Origin: a virus
Taxonomy: Duplodnaviria > Caudoviricetes
IMG/VR virus record: IMGVR_UViG_3300030433_001244
Coordinates: 1-50,744 of that record
Reading direction: 5' to 3' (one strand)
Length of the DNA stretch: 50,744 bases
Made by a program: the position numbers and the translations under genes. Under the pieces are notes generated by a model, which ran no database searches, had not been told where the DNA came from, and saw nothing but the letters and a program-made list of their open reading frames with translations. This document shows, in pieces, positions 9,409-18,902 of this stretch. Numbering within the stretch: the first letter of the stretch is position 1; every line of letters begins with the position of its first letter.

Positions 9409-9822
9409 AACTTTATTGAATACATTAACAAAAACTCAAAGACACTTCCAGACTATATGTTGGGATTTACTTTTGAAGACTTGTTCAAACGTGTACCAAG
9501 TAATCTTGGTGCATTCCCTCCGCATGATCTAGAAAAGAATGGTAATCTTTATAGTCTAACACTAGCTGTTGCTGGTTACTCAAAAGAAAATATTTCAATT
9601 GAATTGAAGGATAGTATTCTTACTATTGTTGGCGATAGGAATGGCGATGATAATAGAAACTATATTGTGACAGGTATTGCGGCACGTAAGTTCCGTAAAT
9701 CATTTTCTTTATCTGATGCTATGGAAGTAAGAGACGCAAACTTACGTGATGGTCTTCTTACTATTACATTGGAAGAAGTTGTTCCTGAAGAAGAACAACC
9801 TAAGTTGATTGAAATAAAGTAG
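9406..9822 (+). CDS. hsp20: Small heat-shock protein Hsp20 (IbpA-like)
   Basis: FPPHDL, LAVAGY, GIAARKFRKSF, ANLRDGLLTI, C-terminal IEI motif. Confidence 0.93.
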   Translation: MNFIEYINKNSKTLPDYMLGFTFEDLFKRVPSNLGAFPPHDLEKNGNLYSLTLAVAGYSKENISIELKDSILTIVGDRNGDDNRNYIVTGIAARKFRKSFSLSDAMEVRDANLRDGLLTITLEEVVPEEEQPKLIEIK

Positions 9823-9833
9823 GCATAATACTT

Positions 9834-9869
9834 AGGGGTGTGCTATTACCTCCAGCGCACCCCTTTTTT
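9834..9869 (+). terminator. Rho-independent terminator after hsp20
   Basis: AGGGGTGTGCT/AGCGCACCCCT stem followed by T6. Confidence 0.8.
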
Positions 9870-9882
9870 ATAAAGGAACATC

Positions 9883-10119
9883 ATGAGTTTTTTAGACACT
9901 GAACCAACAATTAAAGTAGATTTAACAACGACTACCTGTGATAATCTTGTTGTAGAAATATTAAAGACAGTTATATTAGATGATCTTAGTAGTGATCTAA
10001 TTGAAGATGAGTTAAAGAATGCTATGCTAACAACACTAGAATATTTTATGATACCCTCAGAGTTTATTACCTTTAAAGAACTTACAGAAAAGATTGCAGA
10101 GGAAGCTGCTGATGAGTAG
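9883..10119 (+). CDS. Small acidic hypothetical protein
   Basis: SD AAGGA, 78 aa, in operon. Confidence 0.6.
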   Translation: MSFLDTEPTIKVDLTTTTCDNLVVEILKTVILDDLSSDLIEDELKNAMLTTLEYFMIPSEFITFKELTEKIAEEAADE

Positions 10120-10849
10120 TCTTCCCACAATATATATTGGTTATGATCCTAAAGAAAAAACTTACTGTGATGTTCTTGAATACAGCATAAATAAATATGC
10201 TTCATCACCTGTAAATATTGTTAGACTCAAACAGGACAGTGTAAGGCGAACAGGTTTATACTGGCGAACAAAGATTATAAAGGATGGTCAGCAGGTAGAT
10301 TCATTTGATGGTAAACCTTTTTCTACTGAGTTTAGTTTCACACGTTTTCTTGTACCGTTTTTAAATGTTCACCAAGGTCATGCTCTTTTTATGGACTGTG
10401 ACATGTTCTTTAGAGGTGACGTAATAAAACTATTTAACTTATTTAGGTATAGAGATTTTTCTGTTGCATGTGTCCATCATAAATATTTTCCTAATGATAA
10501 ATATAAAATGGATAATCAATTACAAGAAGTTTATTACAGAAAGAATTGGTCTAGCTTTATGTTATTTAACTGTGGTAATCCACAATTAAATGAGTTAAAA
10601 ATATCAGATGTAAACACAAGCACTGGTAGTTGGTTACATGGTATGCATTGGGCAGAAGAGATTGCACAGATAGCTGAAGAGTGGAACTGGCTTGATGGTC
10701 ATTCATCTGAAGACATTGATCCTAAGTGTGTACACTTCACAACAGGTGGACCACTATTTAGAAACTGGGAAGGTAAAAGAGATATTGATAATCAATATGC
10801 AAAAGAATGGAATGAATTATATAGGGAGATGAGTGAACAATATGACTAA
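10112..10849 (+). CDS. GT-A fold glycosyltransferase (GT8-like)
   Basis: IYIGYD, STEFSFTRFLVP, FMDCDM (DxD), KNWSSFMLFN, WNWL, HFTTGGP. Confidence 0.85.
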   Translation: MSSLPTIYIGYDPKEKTYCDVLEYSINKYASSPVNIVRLKQDSVRRTGLYWRTKIIKDGQQVDSFDGKPFSTEFSFTRFLVPFLNVHQGHALFMDCDMFFRGDVIKLFNLFRYRDFSVACVHHKYFPNDKYKMDNQLQEVYYRKNWSSFMLFNCGNPQLNELKISDVNTSTGSWLHGMHWAEEIAQIAEEWNWLDGHSSEDIDPKCVHFTTGGPLFRNWEGKRDIDNQYAKEWNELYREMSEQYD

Positions 10850-13139
10850 GTTTGTAACATCATTTAGTGATAGTGGTTATATAAGCTACGCTAAAAATAT
10901 GCTAGAGTCTGTAGCTAAGTTTTGGAAGAACGATCTAAAGTTGATTGCATACTACCATGACTGTCCTAAAGAATTAGTAGCAGAGTTTCCACAGTCAGAC
11001 GTTATTGAGTATCGTAATCTAAATGATGTTCAAGATATGCTAGATTATCGTGAGCGTATGAAAGACCATGACGGTACTGAAGGTGGTCAGATGCAGTACA
11101 ACTGGCGCATGGATGCTATCAAGTGGTCACATAAAGTATATGCTATGACTGATCTATCCTTAGAGATAGGAGAAAAAGAGGCAAAGGGTGGCTGGCTTAT
11201 TTGGTTGGATGCTGATACAATAACTACTAAGCCTTTCTCTCAGAAAAATTTAGATACCATTGTTCCTGAAAAGGCAGAGTTGGTTTACTTAGGCAGGAAA
11301 GATGTTGACTATAGTGAAACTTCTTTTATTGCTTTCAATCTTGATTATCAGTCTCCGCATTATCTGTTGGCAGATTTGCGTGGTTGCTACGATATAGGAG
11401 AAGTAATATCATATCGTGAATGGCATGATGGTTTTATCTTTGAACGTCTACTTAAAATTTATCTTGCACATGGATTGAAGGCACATAACCTCACACCAAA
11501 TGTAGACGGTCTTGCTGCATTTGCTAATTCTCCCTTGTCTGAATACATGGTACATTACAAAGGTAACTTAAAGAATAAGCTATCTAAAGATACTGTAGCA
11601 CCTGATGTTAATCTACCACGCTATCGTCAACTTGCTGATCTTGTACGTGAGTACGCAAAGGATAGCATTGTAGAAGTTGGTACGTGGAATGGTGGGCGTG
11701 CTATTGAAATGTCTCTTGCTGCGTTTGAGAAGACTGATACGCTACACTACACAGGCTTTGATCTATTTGAGGATGCAACAGCAGAGACAGATGAGTTGGA
11801 GTTTAATGGTAAAGCTCATAACACTATGGAATCTGTGACAAAACGTCTAACAGAATTTGCAGAGAAGATGAAGGAGAAGGACAAGACATTTACCTTTGAC
11901 TTGTATAAGGGTGATAGCAAGAAGACACTAAAGAAACACCGTAGTAAGTTAAAGAATGTATCCTTTGCATTCATTGATGGTGGTAACAGTGAGGAAACAA
12001 AGAAGGCAGACTATGACAACCTTGACCATGTTCCTGTTATTGTTTTCAATAATTTCTTTTCCAAAGATCAGGAAGGAAAGATTGTTGACGAGAAACATCA
12101 GACGGTAAACCGTTTTGTAAAGTCTTTAAACGGTAAACGTATTACAGTTCTTCCTTCACAAGACAGAGTAAAAGAGGGTGGACACGCACACCTAGCCGTG
12201 CTACTCAATGGTGATGACGTACCTGATTTACCTGTAGAGTTTAGGCGTGTACCTATTGTAGTACAACCACGTGACTCTGTGCCAAAGGACAACATTGTTG
12301 ACAACATCAACAGAAATGTAGAGCTTATTGATAGATGGGACATGATTCGCAACTGTCATGTGCATGACGAACATGCAATCATTGTATCTGGTGGATCATC
12401 TACTGATTTTAAACAAGTGAAGAAGCTACAAAAGAAAACAAATGGACGAATTGTCTGTGTAAAGCATAGCTATCCAAAGCTACTGAAGGCTGGTATAAAA
12501 CCGTGGGCATGTGTTATACTAGACCCTCGTCCTATTGAAGGAAAGAGTACACACGGTATTGTACGATCCACTCTCTTTGAGACAGTTGATCCTAGTACAA
12601 TGTTCTTTGTTGCATCAATGACTGACCCTTCAGTTACAGAACTACTAAAGTCAAAGACTGATCAGGTATATGGTTGGCACGCTTATTCACAGGCAGTAGC
12701 AAATACAGTTAAGAATAAAGAAGGTAAAAGCCTAGAGATTAATGAGAGCTTAAATATACCTGAAAATACTACGTTTGTTAATGGCGGTACTTGTGCAGCT
12801 ATGAGAGCAATAGGTATGATGCATATCTTTGGATTTAGAAACTTTCATCTGTTTGGTTTTGACTGTTCATTCCCTGATGAAACAGAGATTGATCTGAAAG
12901 AAAAACTAGAAGATGGTAGAATGAAGTACATGAAGGTAGAAACAAACGGTTCAGAGTTTTGGACTACTGGTGAACTTCTTGCAATGGCACAAGACTGTGA
13001 AAAGCTATTTGATAATGAAGAAATAGAAATGAATGTGCATATGTATGGAGATAATACGCTTGTATCAGAGGTGTACAAAACTTCAAAGCAAGCAGACAAA
13101 GTTTACTACACTAATCTAATTACTAAACAGGCAGCTTAA
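10842..13139 (+). CDS. Tri-domain protein: glycosyltransferase + SAM methyltransferase + DUF115/MptE/Maf-like domain
   Basis: WLDADT and HYKG (GT-A); VEVGTWNGG, GFDLFE, FIDGG (class I MTase); IIVSGGSS, ILDPRP, GFRNFHLFGFDCS (DUF115-like). Confidence 0.7.
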   Translation: MTKFVTSFSDSGYISYAKNMLESVAKFWKNDLKLIAYYHDCPKELVAEFPQSDVIEYRNLNDVQDMLDYRERMKDHDGTEGGQMQYNWRMDAIKWSHKVYAMTDLSLEIGEKEAKGGWLIWLDADTITTKPFSQKNLDTIVPEKAELVYLGRKDVDYSETSFIAFNLDYQSPHYLLADLRGCYDIGEVISYREWHDGFIFERLLKIYLAHGLKAHNLTPNVDGLAAFANSPLSEYMVHYKGNLKNKLSKDTVAPDVNLPRYRQLADLVREYAKDSIVEVGTWNGGRAIEMSLAAFEKTDTLHYTGFDLFEDATAETDELEFNGKAHNTMESVTKRLTEFAEKMKEKDKTFTFDLYKGDSKKTLKKHRSKLKNVSFAFIDGGNSEETKKADYDNLDHVPVIVFNNFFSKDQEGKIVDEKHQTVNRFVKSLNGKRITVLPSQDRVKEGGHAHLAVLLNGDDVPDLPVEFRRVPIVVQPRDSVPKDNIVDNINRNVELIDRWDMIRNCHVHDEHAIIVSGGSSTDFKQVKKLQKKTNGRIVCVKHSYPKLLKAGIKPWACVILDPRPIEGKSTHGIVRSTLFETVDPSTMFFVASMTDPSVTELLKSKTDQVYGWHAYSQAVANTVKNKEGKSLEINESLNIPENTTFVNGGTCAAMRAIGMMHIFGFRNFHLFGFDCSFPDETEIDLKEKLEDGRMKYMKVETNGSEFWTTGELLAMAQDCEKLFDNEEIEMNVHMYGDNTLVSEVYKTSKQADKVYYTNLITKQAA

Positions 13140-13150
13140 AGGAGAATCAA

Positions 13151-13393
13151 ATGCTTGAACTTGTTACTAATAATTCAGACGTTATTCTTAGCACTGTTAC
13201 TGGTGTTATTACAATTGCAAGTCTTATTATTGCAGGAACTAAAACTCCTGATCCTGAGACAATTCTTGGTAAAGTATATAAAGTAGTAGAGTTTCTAAGT
13301 CTTACTATTGGTAAGGCCAAGGAAACAGGAAAGCCTGAAGTAAAACCTGAAGAAGTTAAGGTTGCTGAAGGCAAGACTGAAAAGGTAGGCTAA
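13151..13393 (+). CDS. Putative holin / small membrane protein
   Basis: Hydrophobic helix ILSTVTGVITIASLIIAG, TKTPDP, charged C-terminus; precedes spanin-like pair. Confidence 0.55.
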   Translation: MLELVTNNSDVILSTVTGVITIASLIIAGTKTPDPETILGKVYKVVEFLSLTIGKAKETGKPEVKPEEVKVAEGKTEKVG

Positions 13394-13614
13394 TGCTTTC
13401 TCTCTTTTCTTCTGTGTTAAATATTTTTACCAAGATACTACCCTTGATCTTTGCGTTCAAGGCAGGAAGAGATAATGCACAGAAGAAAGAACTTGAACAG
13501 GCAGTTAAGAATACACAGGAGAGAAACAAAATTGAAAACGAAGTTATCCGTATGTCTGACGGTGATGTTATTAAGCGGTTGCGAAAGCGTTGGAGGAGAG
13601 GCGGCGTTCTGTAG
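13393..13614 (+). CDS. Putative i-spanin (Rz-like)
   Basis: N-terminal hydrophobic segment followed by a charged helix; 3' half overlaps a lipoprotein ORF. Confidence 0.55.
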   Translation: MLSLFSSVLNIFTKILPLIFAFKAGRDNAQKKELEQAVKNTQERNKIENEVIRMSDGDVIKRLRKRWRRGGVL

Positions 13615-13717
13615 TTGGTCCTTTCCAATTCTTATCAGTGATGCTGACTCTCTTTCTAACGACACTGCTCGTCAGATACTAAGTCATAACCTTGCATGGG
13701 TAAAGTTTTGTAAATGA
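13532..13717 (+). CDS. Putative o-spanin lipoprotein (Rz1-like)
   Basis: SD AGGAG (13517-13521), TTG start, MKTKLSVCLTVMLLSG|C lipobox, two further Cys. Confidence 0.65.
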   Translation: MKTKLSVCLTVMLLSGCESVGGEAAFCSWSFPILISDADSLSNDTARQILSHNLAWVKFCK

Positions 13718-14157
13718 AAGAACTTAATATAAAGCAAGAGAAGTTCTGTCAAGCCTATGTAATGTATCGTAATGCTACTGAAGCTGCTAAAGCTGCAGGG
13801 TATTCTGATACGTCTGCACATACACAAGGTCATAGGTTAAAGCAACGACCTGAGATTAACGAGCGTATCGAAGAACTTGAAAAAGAACTTGAGACACGTA
13901 TCGACGTTATTGCAGAGGTAGAGAACCAATACAACTACGCAAAGAATGCGGGACATACCAACAGTGCAATCAAAGCACTAGAGGTACTGTCCCGTATTCG
14001 TTCTACAAAGGAAGAAGAAGCTGTTAAATCTATCGCTGAATTAGAACAAGATATAGTTAATAGCTTAGAGATATTAGGTGAAGAAAGAACATCTAAAATA
14101 TTTATGAACTGTTCTTGGTTTTCTGATGAGGAATATGAGGAGCATGATGACTGCTAG
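13714..14157 (+). CDS. terS: Terminase small subunit-like protein
   Basis: LNIKQEKFCQAY...NATEAAKAAGYS..SA...G.RL, the typical HTH of the Terminase_2 type. Confidence 0.8.
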   Translation: MKELNIKQEKFCQAYVMYRNATEAAKAAGYSDTSAHTQGHRLKQRPEINERIEELEKELETRIDVIAEVENQYNYAKNAGHTNSAIKALEVLSRIRSTKEEEAVKSIAELEQDIVNSLEILGEERTSKIFMNCSWFSDEEYEEHDDC

Positions 14158-14500
14158 ATAGTTCATCTATAAAGGGATGACGACCATTGTGCATGTGTTG
14201 CAAATTTGCAACTTCTTCTTGTAATTTTTTAATTTGTTCGTGAACTTGTCCCTTTCTTTTATGTTCAGCAGCAAGATTATCTGGACTAAGAATATTAGAC
14301 AGTACTGTTATCTGTTGTCTTAGTACAGCTACGTTATTCTCTGCTTCATCAAGTTCTCTATTTACCTCATCAACATGGTTTTTAATTTCTTCTTGAGTTG
14401 CCTTCAAGGTATTTACCTGTGCACGCACCAATGCCCATGCACCAGACAGTGATGCAACCACTGCTCCAACTTGAAACAGAAACTGTGCATCCATCTCCAT
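14102..14500 (-). CDS. Membrane-anchored coiled-coil protein
   Basis: N-terminal TM helix followed by a heptad-rich region; last gene of the - arm. Confidence 0.6.
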   Translation of the reverse strand: MEMDAQFLFQVGAVVASLSGAWALVRAQVNTLKATQEEIKNHVDEVNRELDEAENNVAVLRQQITVLSNILSPDNLAAEHKRKGQVHEQIKKLQEEVANLQHMHNGRHPFIDELSSSHHAPHIPHQKTKNSS

Positions 14501-15306
14501 TAGTTTGATTCATTCTTAATATAGATAAAATCTAATCCCGCCGAAACCTCAACATTACCGCTACCGGAATCTGATATAGCTCTAACTTCAAGGTCTGTTT
14601 TTTCGGAAAACGCTAATGGTATTCGATATTCTTGTACTACAGAACCACCATCTACCTGTATGCCAAACTTATCTGTTACTCGAAAAACACCCCCGTTGTT
14701 ATTTTTTTTAGCAACGATAGTAACTGTTAATAGCTTGTTTGAAGTGGTACATGCTGCTGTTACATTTGTCTGATATAAATAGGCTGTATATCCTGCTGGA
14801 ACAGTCCATAAAGCCATTAGAGTTTGGTTGTCTCCTATAGCTACAGTAGCATATTTATTTGTAGGTACACCTGATGTAGGAGAAGATTCATCACCTACAT
14901 AAAGAACACCAGCATTCTGCCCACCAGTTCCTGCTGTATCAACCGTAACTCTAAAGACTCGTATCCAGTTAGAAGCATCTCCTAATTGTACACCATTCTG
15001 TCCGTCTAAATCTACTGTCACAGATACTTCATTATAATTAGCATCCAGACCTGAAACTGTAGCAGTTCTTGCACCTGTACCAGCTACGTCATCTGCAGTG
15101 GATGAACTAGAAATATAAAGAGTAGTTGCTGAAGACATGTAAGAATACAAGCCACCCTGCGCCCATATAGTTTCAAGTGTATTATCTATATCAGGATTAA
15201 ATCCAAATTTAAAAATAGACTTATGATCAAATATTTGATTACGAGCTACCTGTAATTCAAATGGTTCATGCTTTCCAAATCTTGTAACTGAGGAAGGTAT
15301 TCCCAT
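14500..15306 (-). CDS. Putative virion structural protein
   Basis: Beta-rich G/T/S/V composition, SD AGGAG, in late arm. Confidence 0.55.
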   Translation of the reverse strand: MGIPSSVTRFGKHEPFELQVARNQIFDHKSIFKFGFNPDIDNTLETIWAQGGLYSYMSSATTLYISSSSTADDVAGTGARTATVSGLDANYNEVSVTVDLDGQNGVQLGDASNWIRVFRVTVDTAGTGGQNAGVLYVGDESSPTSGVPTNKYATVAIGDNQTLMALWTVPAGYTAYLYQTNVTAACTTSNKLLTVTIVAKKNNNGGVFRVTDKFGIQVDGGSVVQEYRIPLAFSEKTDLEVRAISDSGSGNVEVSAGLDFIYIKNESN

Positions 15307-15319
15307 AGTTATTCTCCTG

Positions 15320-18300
15320 TTAGTCTACTACTTTATCTCTTAAATCTTCCAGTGACTCTTCTATAGAATCTACAAAATCTTTCTTTGAATCTCTCGCAAG
15401 TGGAAGATTTCTAAGAAGTGGCACAATATTTGCAACCTCTCTTGCTAATGCTCTCGGTTCATCATTAAATAAATAACCATAACCTGCTTGACCTATGTTT
15501 GTAAGTTGGCTTATGACTGGTCCAGCTATCGCAGCTAAGAAATTTGATCCATACTTTTGAGCATTCAGTGCTTCCACTCCCATTGTGCTTACTCCAAGTA
15601 TACCTGTACGTAGTACTGATTCAGCTAACTTTTCTTTACCATCTAACTTTGAGAAAGGACTTTCATCTGAATCATCACCATAACGTATCTGATCACGCAA
15701 GCCTTGAGTAAACATAGATACTGCCATGATAGATGCAAGAGCAACACCATATCTCACTATGTCTGCATCTGGCATACGTCCTTTAAATAATGGAACAAGA
15801 ACATCTCTATAAAATCTAGCACCAACTATATTGCCAAAAGCAGCAGTAAAACCTTTTAATTGTGCAACAGTAGCAAGATGTGGATTGCTCATCCATAATG
15901 GTCTGTTAACTGCATTTGGTGACATAATAAATTCATCTACAGTTTTAGACATAACCTTTCTAATTAATTCAGGATCACCTTGCCCCTCATATAAACCATC
16001 TGCCCATCCTTGTGCAACTTCTGTCATAGGGTTAACAATACCCTGTGCAGTGAGACGCTTACGTGCCTCTACAAACTCTTTAGTTTTAGGTATTCCTGCG
16101 TCTGTGTACCTGCGAACAGTACGTAGGTCATCCCTCATCTGAAGACGAGCAGCTTGAAATGCCATGTCCCTACTAATCTGTGTAAGCGTAGTAAGAAGTG
16201 TTGCTCTAAAGAAAGCATTACCTACTTTTCTTGAAACAGTTACACCTGCTAAGTCACCAAATCTATCCGCAAGTGTACCATCAAGTCCCTGAACAATACC
16301 TCTAAATACTTTTTCAGATTCTGTTCTAGGTAGTTTAGGAAACACTGTTCTAAGACCAGCAGCTAAACCATTGTATGCTGCATTCAATCCACCAAATAAT
16401 GCATACTTGGGCTTTACTCTTGATAGAATAATAAGAGGTTCTGACAGAGCAGTTAGACCAACAAGAGGAAGTGTGTAAATATATCCTGAAGTTAATGCCC
16501 ACTTCTGAATTGCTTGCGCTCTCTTGTCTTTAAGAGGTTTGTACTTACCCTGTATTGCATCAAAGATATCTACAATACGATCAACCTCTGACTGAGTTAT
16601 ATTATTTTCCTTTGCCAGTTCAGGTACATTTTCTTGTATGCTTCTTTTAAGTTTCTCACTTTGTATTTTTTTGTTTGCGTCTAACATATAACGATAGAGA
16701 ATACCTTCTACATTCGTCTCAATTAAACCCTCATCGTATAATCTATTTCTCACACGTTCAGGAAGCTGCCGTGCTTGTTCAAAAGATTGTGTTGCTGCAC
16801 TTGCTCTCCTGTCAGGACTGCGATATTGATCTATATTTAATTTAATATCATTAGGATTGTACATTCCTTCATTGCTTTCAATATTCTCTGCAACAGAAGC
16901 AGCAGCTTGGCGTGTCATTCCCTCCTCTTGTAGAATACGCATCATCTTTCTACGTGCCAACGGTCCTGTCTTGAACATAACAGGAAGATAACCAGCAACG
17001 TAAGGAATGTCTACACCAGCATCGACAAGTTCTTTGTACTTACCTGTAGATTGTGGTTGAAAGATAACTTGACCTTCTAGTGGTTTAATTTTACGTAGCA
17101 CTTCTCTTTTAATTGTAGCTTCTTCATTTGGAGATTGCGCTACTCGTTGATCTATTTCTTGTCTAACATCTCTCGCTCTGTCTTTAAGAAGACTAAATAT
17201 TTGAGAATCAACATAAAATCTACCTGTATTTGGATTTATCTTTCCAAGAGTTTGAGATTGTTCCTGTGTCATGTCAGGATTATCTATCAGTTCCTGAAGC
17301 ATAGACCTTTCAACCTTAATTGTTTGTAGCGGCTTACCTGTTTCAGGATCAGTTTCAATAGTTCCTAAATAATTTCTAAGATTACGTGCTGCTCTCATAA
17401 TGTCAGGATCAGGATCAGAGTCTACCTTATTTTGAAGAACATCAGAAAGACGCTTCATCTTCTCTGCTTTTATTGCCTTTTGAAAAGGTAACTTAGCTGA
17501 TCGTTTTAATGGTTCAAATAGTTCTATTATACCATTAATAGTTTCTCCAGTCTCAGGGTCTTGGAATGTTTCAGTAGCATCTTTACCTACAGCGGCACTT
17601 AAATTATCATAGAAAGAATTTAAGTCATTAACTAGAGTAGCACCACGTTCTCCACCCGTTTCAAACAAACCACGAAGAGGAGATATGGAAGATTTAAGAA
17701 CACCACTGAATAAACGAGAACTATCCATTCGTTTACCCTGCTTTAGATTGCCAACAAAACCTTCTACTTTAGCAATATCTGTCTCTTCATTTTGTATAGC
17801 TTCATCTAGTTTAGCTATCTTTTTTCTTTCTTCTAATTCTTTCTCTGCTAATGATTGTTTCATTCTACCAGAAACAAAACCTGAACCTGCTCCTAATGTT
17901 TTACCAGTTACCGCACCTAATGCAGCAGCATCTATAAGACGTTTCTTTGCTATTTCAGCTTCATATGGCATAATACCTTTGTCTGCAGCAATACCTGCTG
18001 CTGCCATTTGTGTAAACTCTTGTGCACCTTCTGTTACACCTTCAATAACAAAACCTTTTCCTCCACCTTTTGCAATATCTGCTGTAACTCTACCAGCATT
18101 CTCAACAATTGTTTTTGCTGCACTAGTACCAAATTCTGTAGATAACTCTTCTACTATAGCTTTTTTACCAAACTGTTTAATAAGACCAGTTAAAATAACA
18201 CCAGCACCTATTCTATCTAACAATCCTGAAATAGTACCTCCTACCACACCAGCAGCAGTAGCAGCATCTTCATCTGCTCCTAATTTTTTAGCTTCTTCAT

Positions 18301-18895
18301 ATATAGGTGCAGTAGCCATTAATGAACCTACAAGAAGAGGTAAACCAATAGCTACTGTTCCTGTAGCAATAGCAGGTGCACCAGCAACAGCAAGAGGAAT
18401 TGCAGCAAGACCTGCTGCTATAGGTAATCCAGTTGAACCAATACCATCAGCTACCATATCTTTGAGTAGTAAACCACCACGTTCCAATGCCGCACCTACG
18501 TCACCATCAGAACCATATGCTTTTTCAACTTCATCTAATCCTTCAGTAAATGAACTTGTTCTTCTTGGTGCACCATACTGTTTAATATCTATTTCTTGCT
18601 CTAGTGCATTACCAACTGCCCACTTTTCTAAACTCTCTAACCCTAAATTTTTAGCGTAAAGTGCTATACTTTCAGCCATATTTTTTTGAGATTCATTAAA
18701 AGAACGACCTACTCTAGATGTAAAAGAATCTCCATCATAAAGAGTAAAAGCTGATGGACTAGTTACTGTTTCAACAGAAGGTTGTTGAGATAAATCAATA
18801 TCTTTAAATGGATCAAGATATGCAGAATACCTATCTTGATTACCACCTTGTAGTAACCTTAAAGTTGCTTCATTTATTCTCTGTGCTTCTGACAT
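15320..18895 (-). CDS. Large internal virion / DNA ejection protein
   Basis: 1191 aa, helical with Gly/Ala-rich hydrophobic segments; position equivalent to T7 gp16. Confidence 0.65.
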   Translation of the reverse strand: MSEAQRINEATLRLLQGGNQDRYSAYLDPFKDIDLSQQPSVETVTSPSAFTLYDGDSFTSRVGRSFNESQKNMAESIALYAKNLGLESLEKWAVGNALEQEIDIKQYGAPRRTSSFTEGLDEVEKAYGSDGDVGAALERGGLLLKDMVADGIGSTGLPIAAGLAAIPLAVAGAPAIATGTVAIGLPLLVGSLMATAPIYEEAKKLGADEDAATAAGVVGGTISGLLDRIGAGVILTGLIKQFGKKAIVEELSTEFGTSAAKTIVENAGRVTADIAKGGGKGFVIEGVTEGAQEFTQMAAAGIAADKGIMPYEAEIAKKRLIDAAALGAVTGKTLGAGSGFVSGRMKQSLAEKELEERKKIAKLDEAIQNEETDIAKVEGFVGNLKQGKRMDSSRLFSGVLKSSISPLRGLFETGGERGATLVNDLNSFYDNLSAAVGKDATETFQDPETGETINGIIELFEPLKRSAKLPFQKAIKAEKMKRLSDVLQNKVDSDPDPDIMRAARNLRNYLGTIETDPETGKPLQTIKVERSMLQELIDNPDMTQEQSQTLGKINPNTGRFYVDSQIFSLLKDRARDVRQEIDQRVAQSPNEEATIKREVLRKIKPLEGQVIFQPQSTGKYKELVDAGVDIPYVAGYLPVMFKTGPLARRKMMRILQEEGMTRQAAASVAENIESNEGMYNPNDIKLNIDQYRSPDRRASAATQSFEQARQLPERVRNRLYDEGLIETNVEGILYRYMLDANKKIQSEKLKRSIQENVPELAKENNITQSEVDRIVDIFDAIQGKYKPLKDKRAQAIQKWALTSGYIYTLPLVGLTALSEPLIILSRVKPKYALFGGLNAAYNGLAAGLRTVFPKLPRTESEKVFRGIVQGLDGTLADRFGDLAGVTVSRKVGNAFFRATLLTTLTQISRDMAFQAARLQMRDDLRTVRRYTDAGIPKTKEFVEARKRLTAQGIVNPMTEVAQGWADGLYEGQGDPELIRKVMSKTVDEFIMSPNAVNRPLWMSNPHLATVAQLKGFTAAFGNIVGARFYRDVLVPLFKGRMPDADIVRYGVALASIMAVSMFTQGLRDQIRYGDDSDESPFSKLDGKEKLAESVLRTGILGVSTMGVEALNAQKYGSNFLAAIAGPVISQLTNIGQAGYGYLFNDEPRALAREVANIVPLLRNLPLARDSKKDFVDSIEESLEDLRDKVVD

Positions 18896-18902
18896 AGATT
18901 AT

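Noticed and set aside
17685-18659. 324-aa + strand ORF (also 19966-20523, 34458-35096, 37005-37622, 28966-29487)
   Set aside because: Antisense shadows of real - strand genes with biased codons; no SD or recognisable motifs
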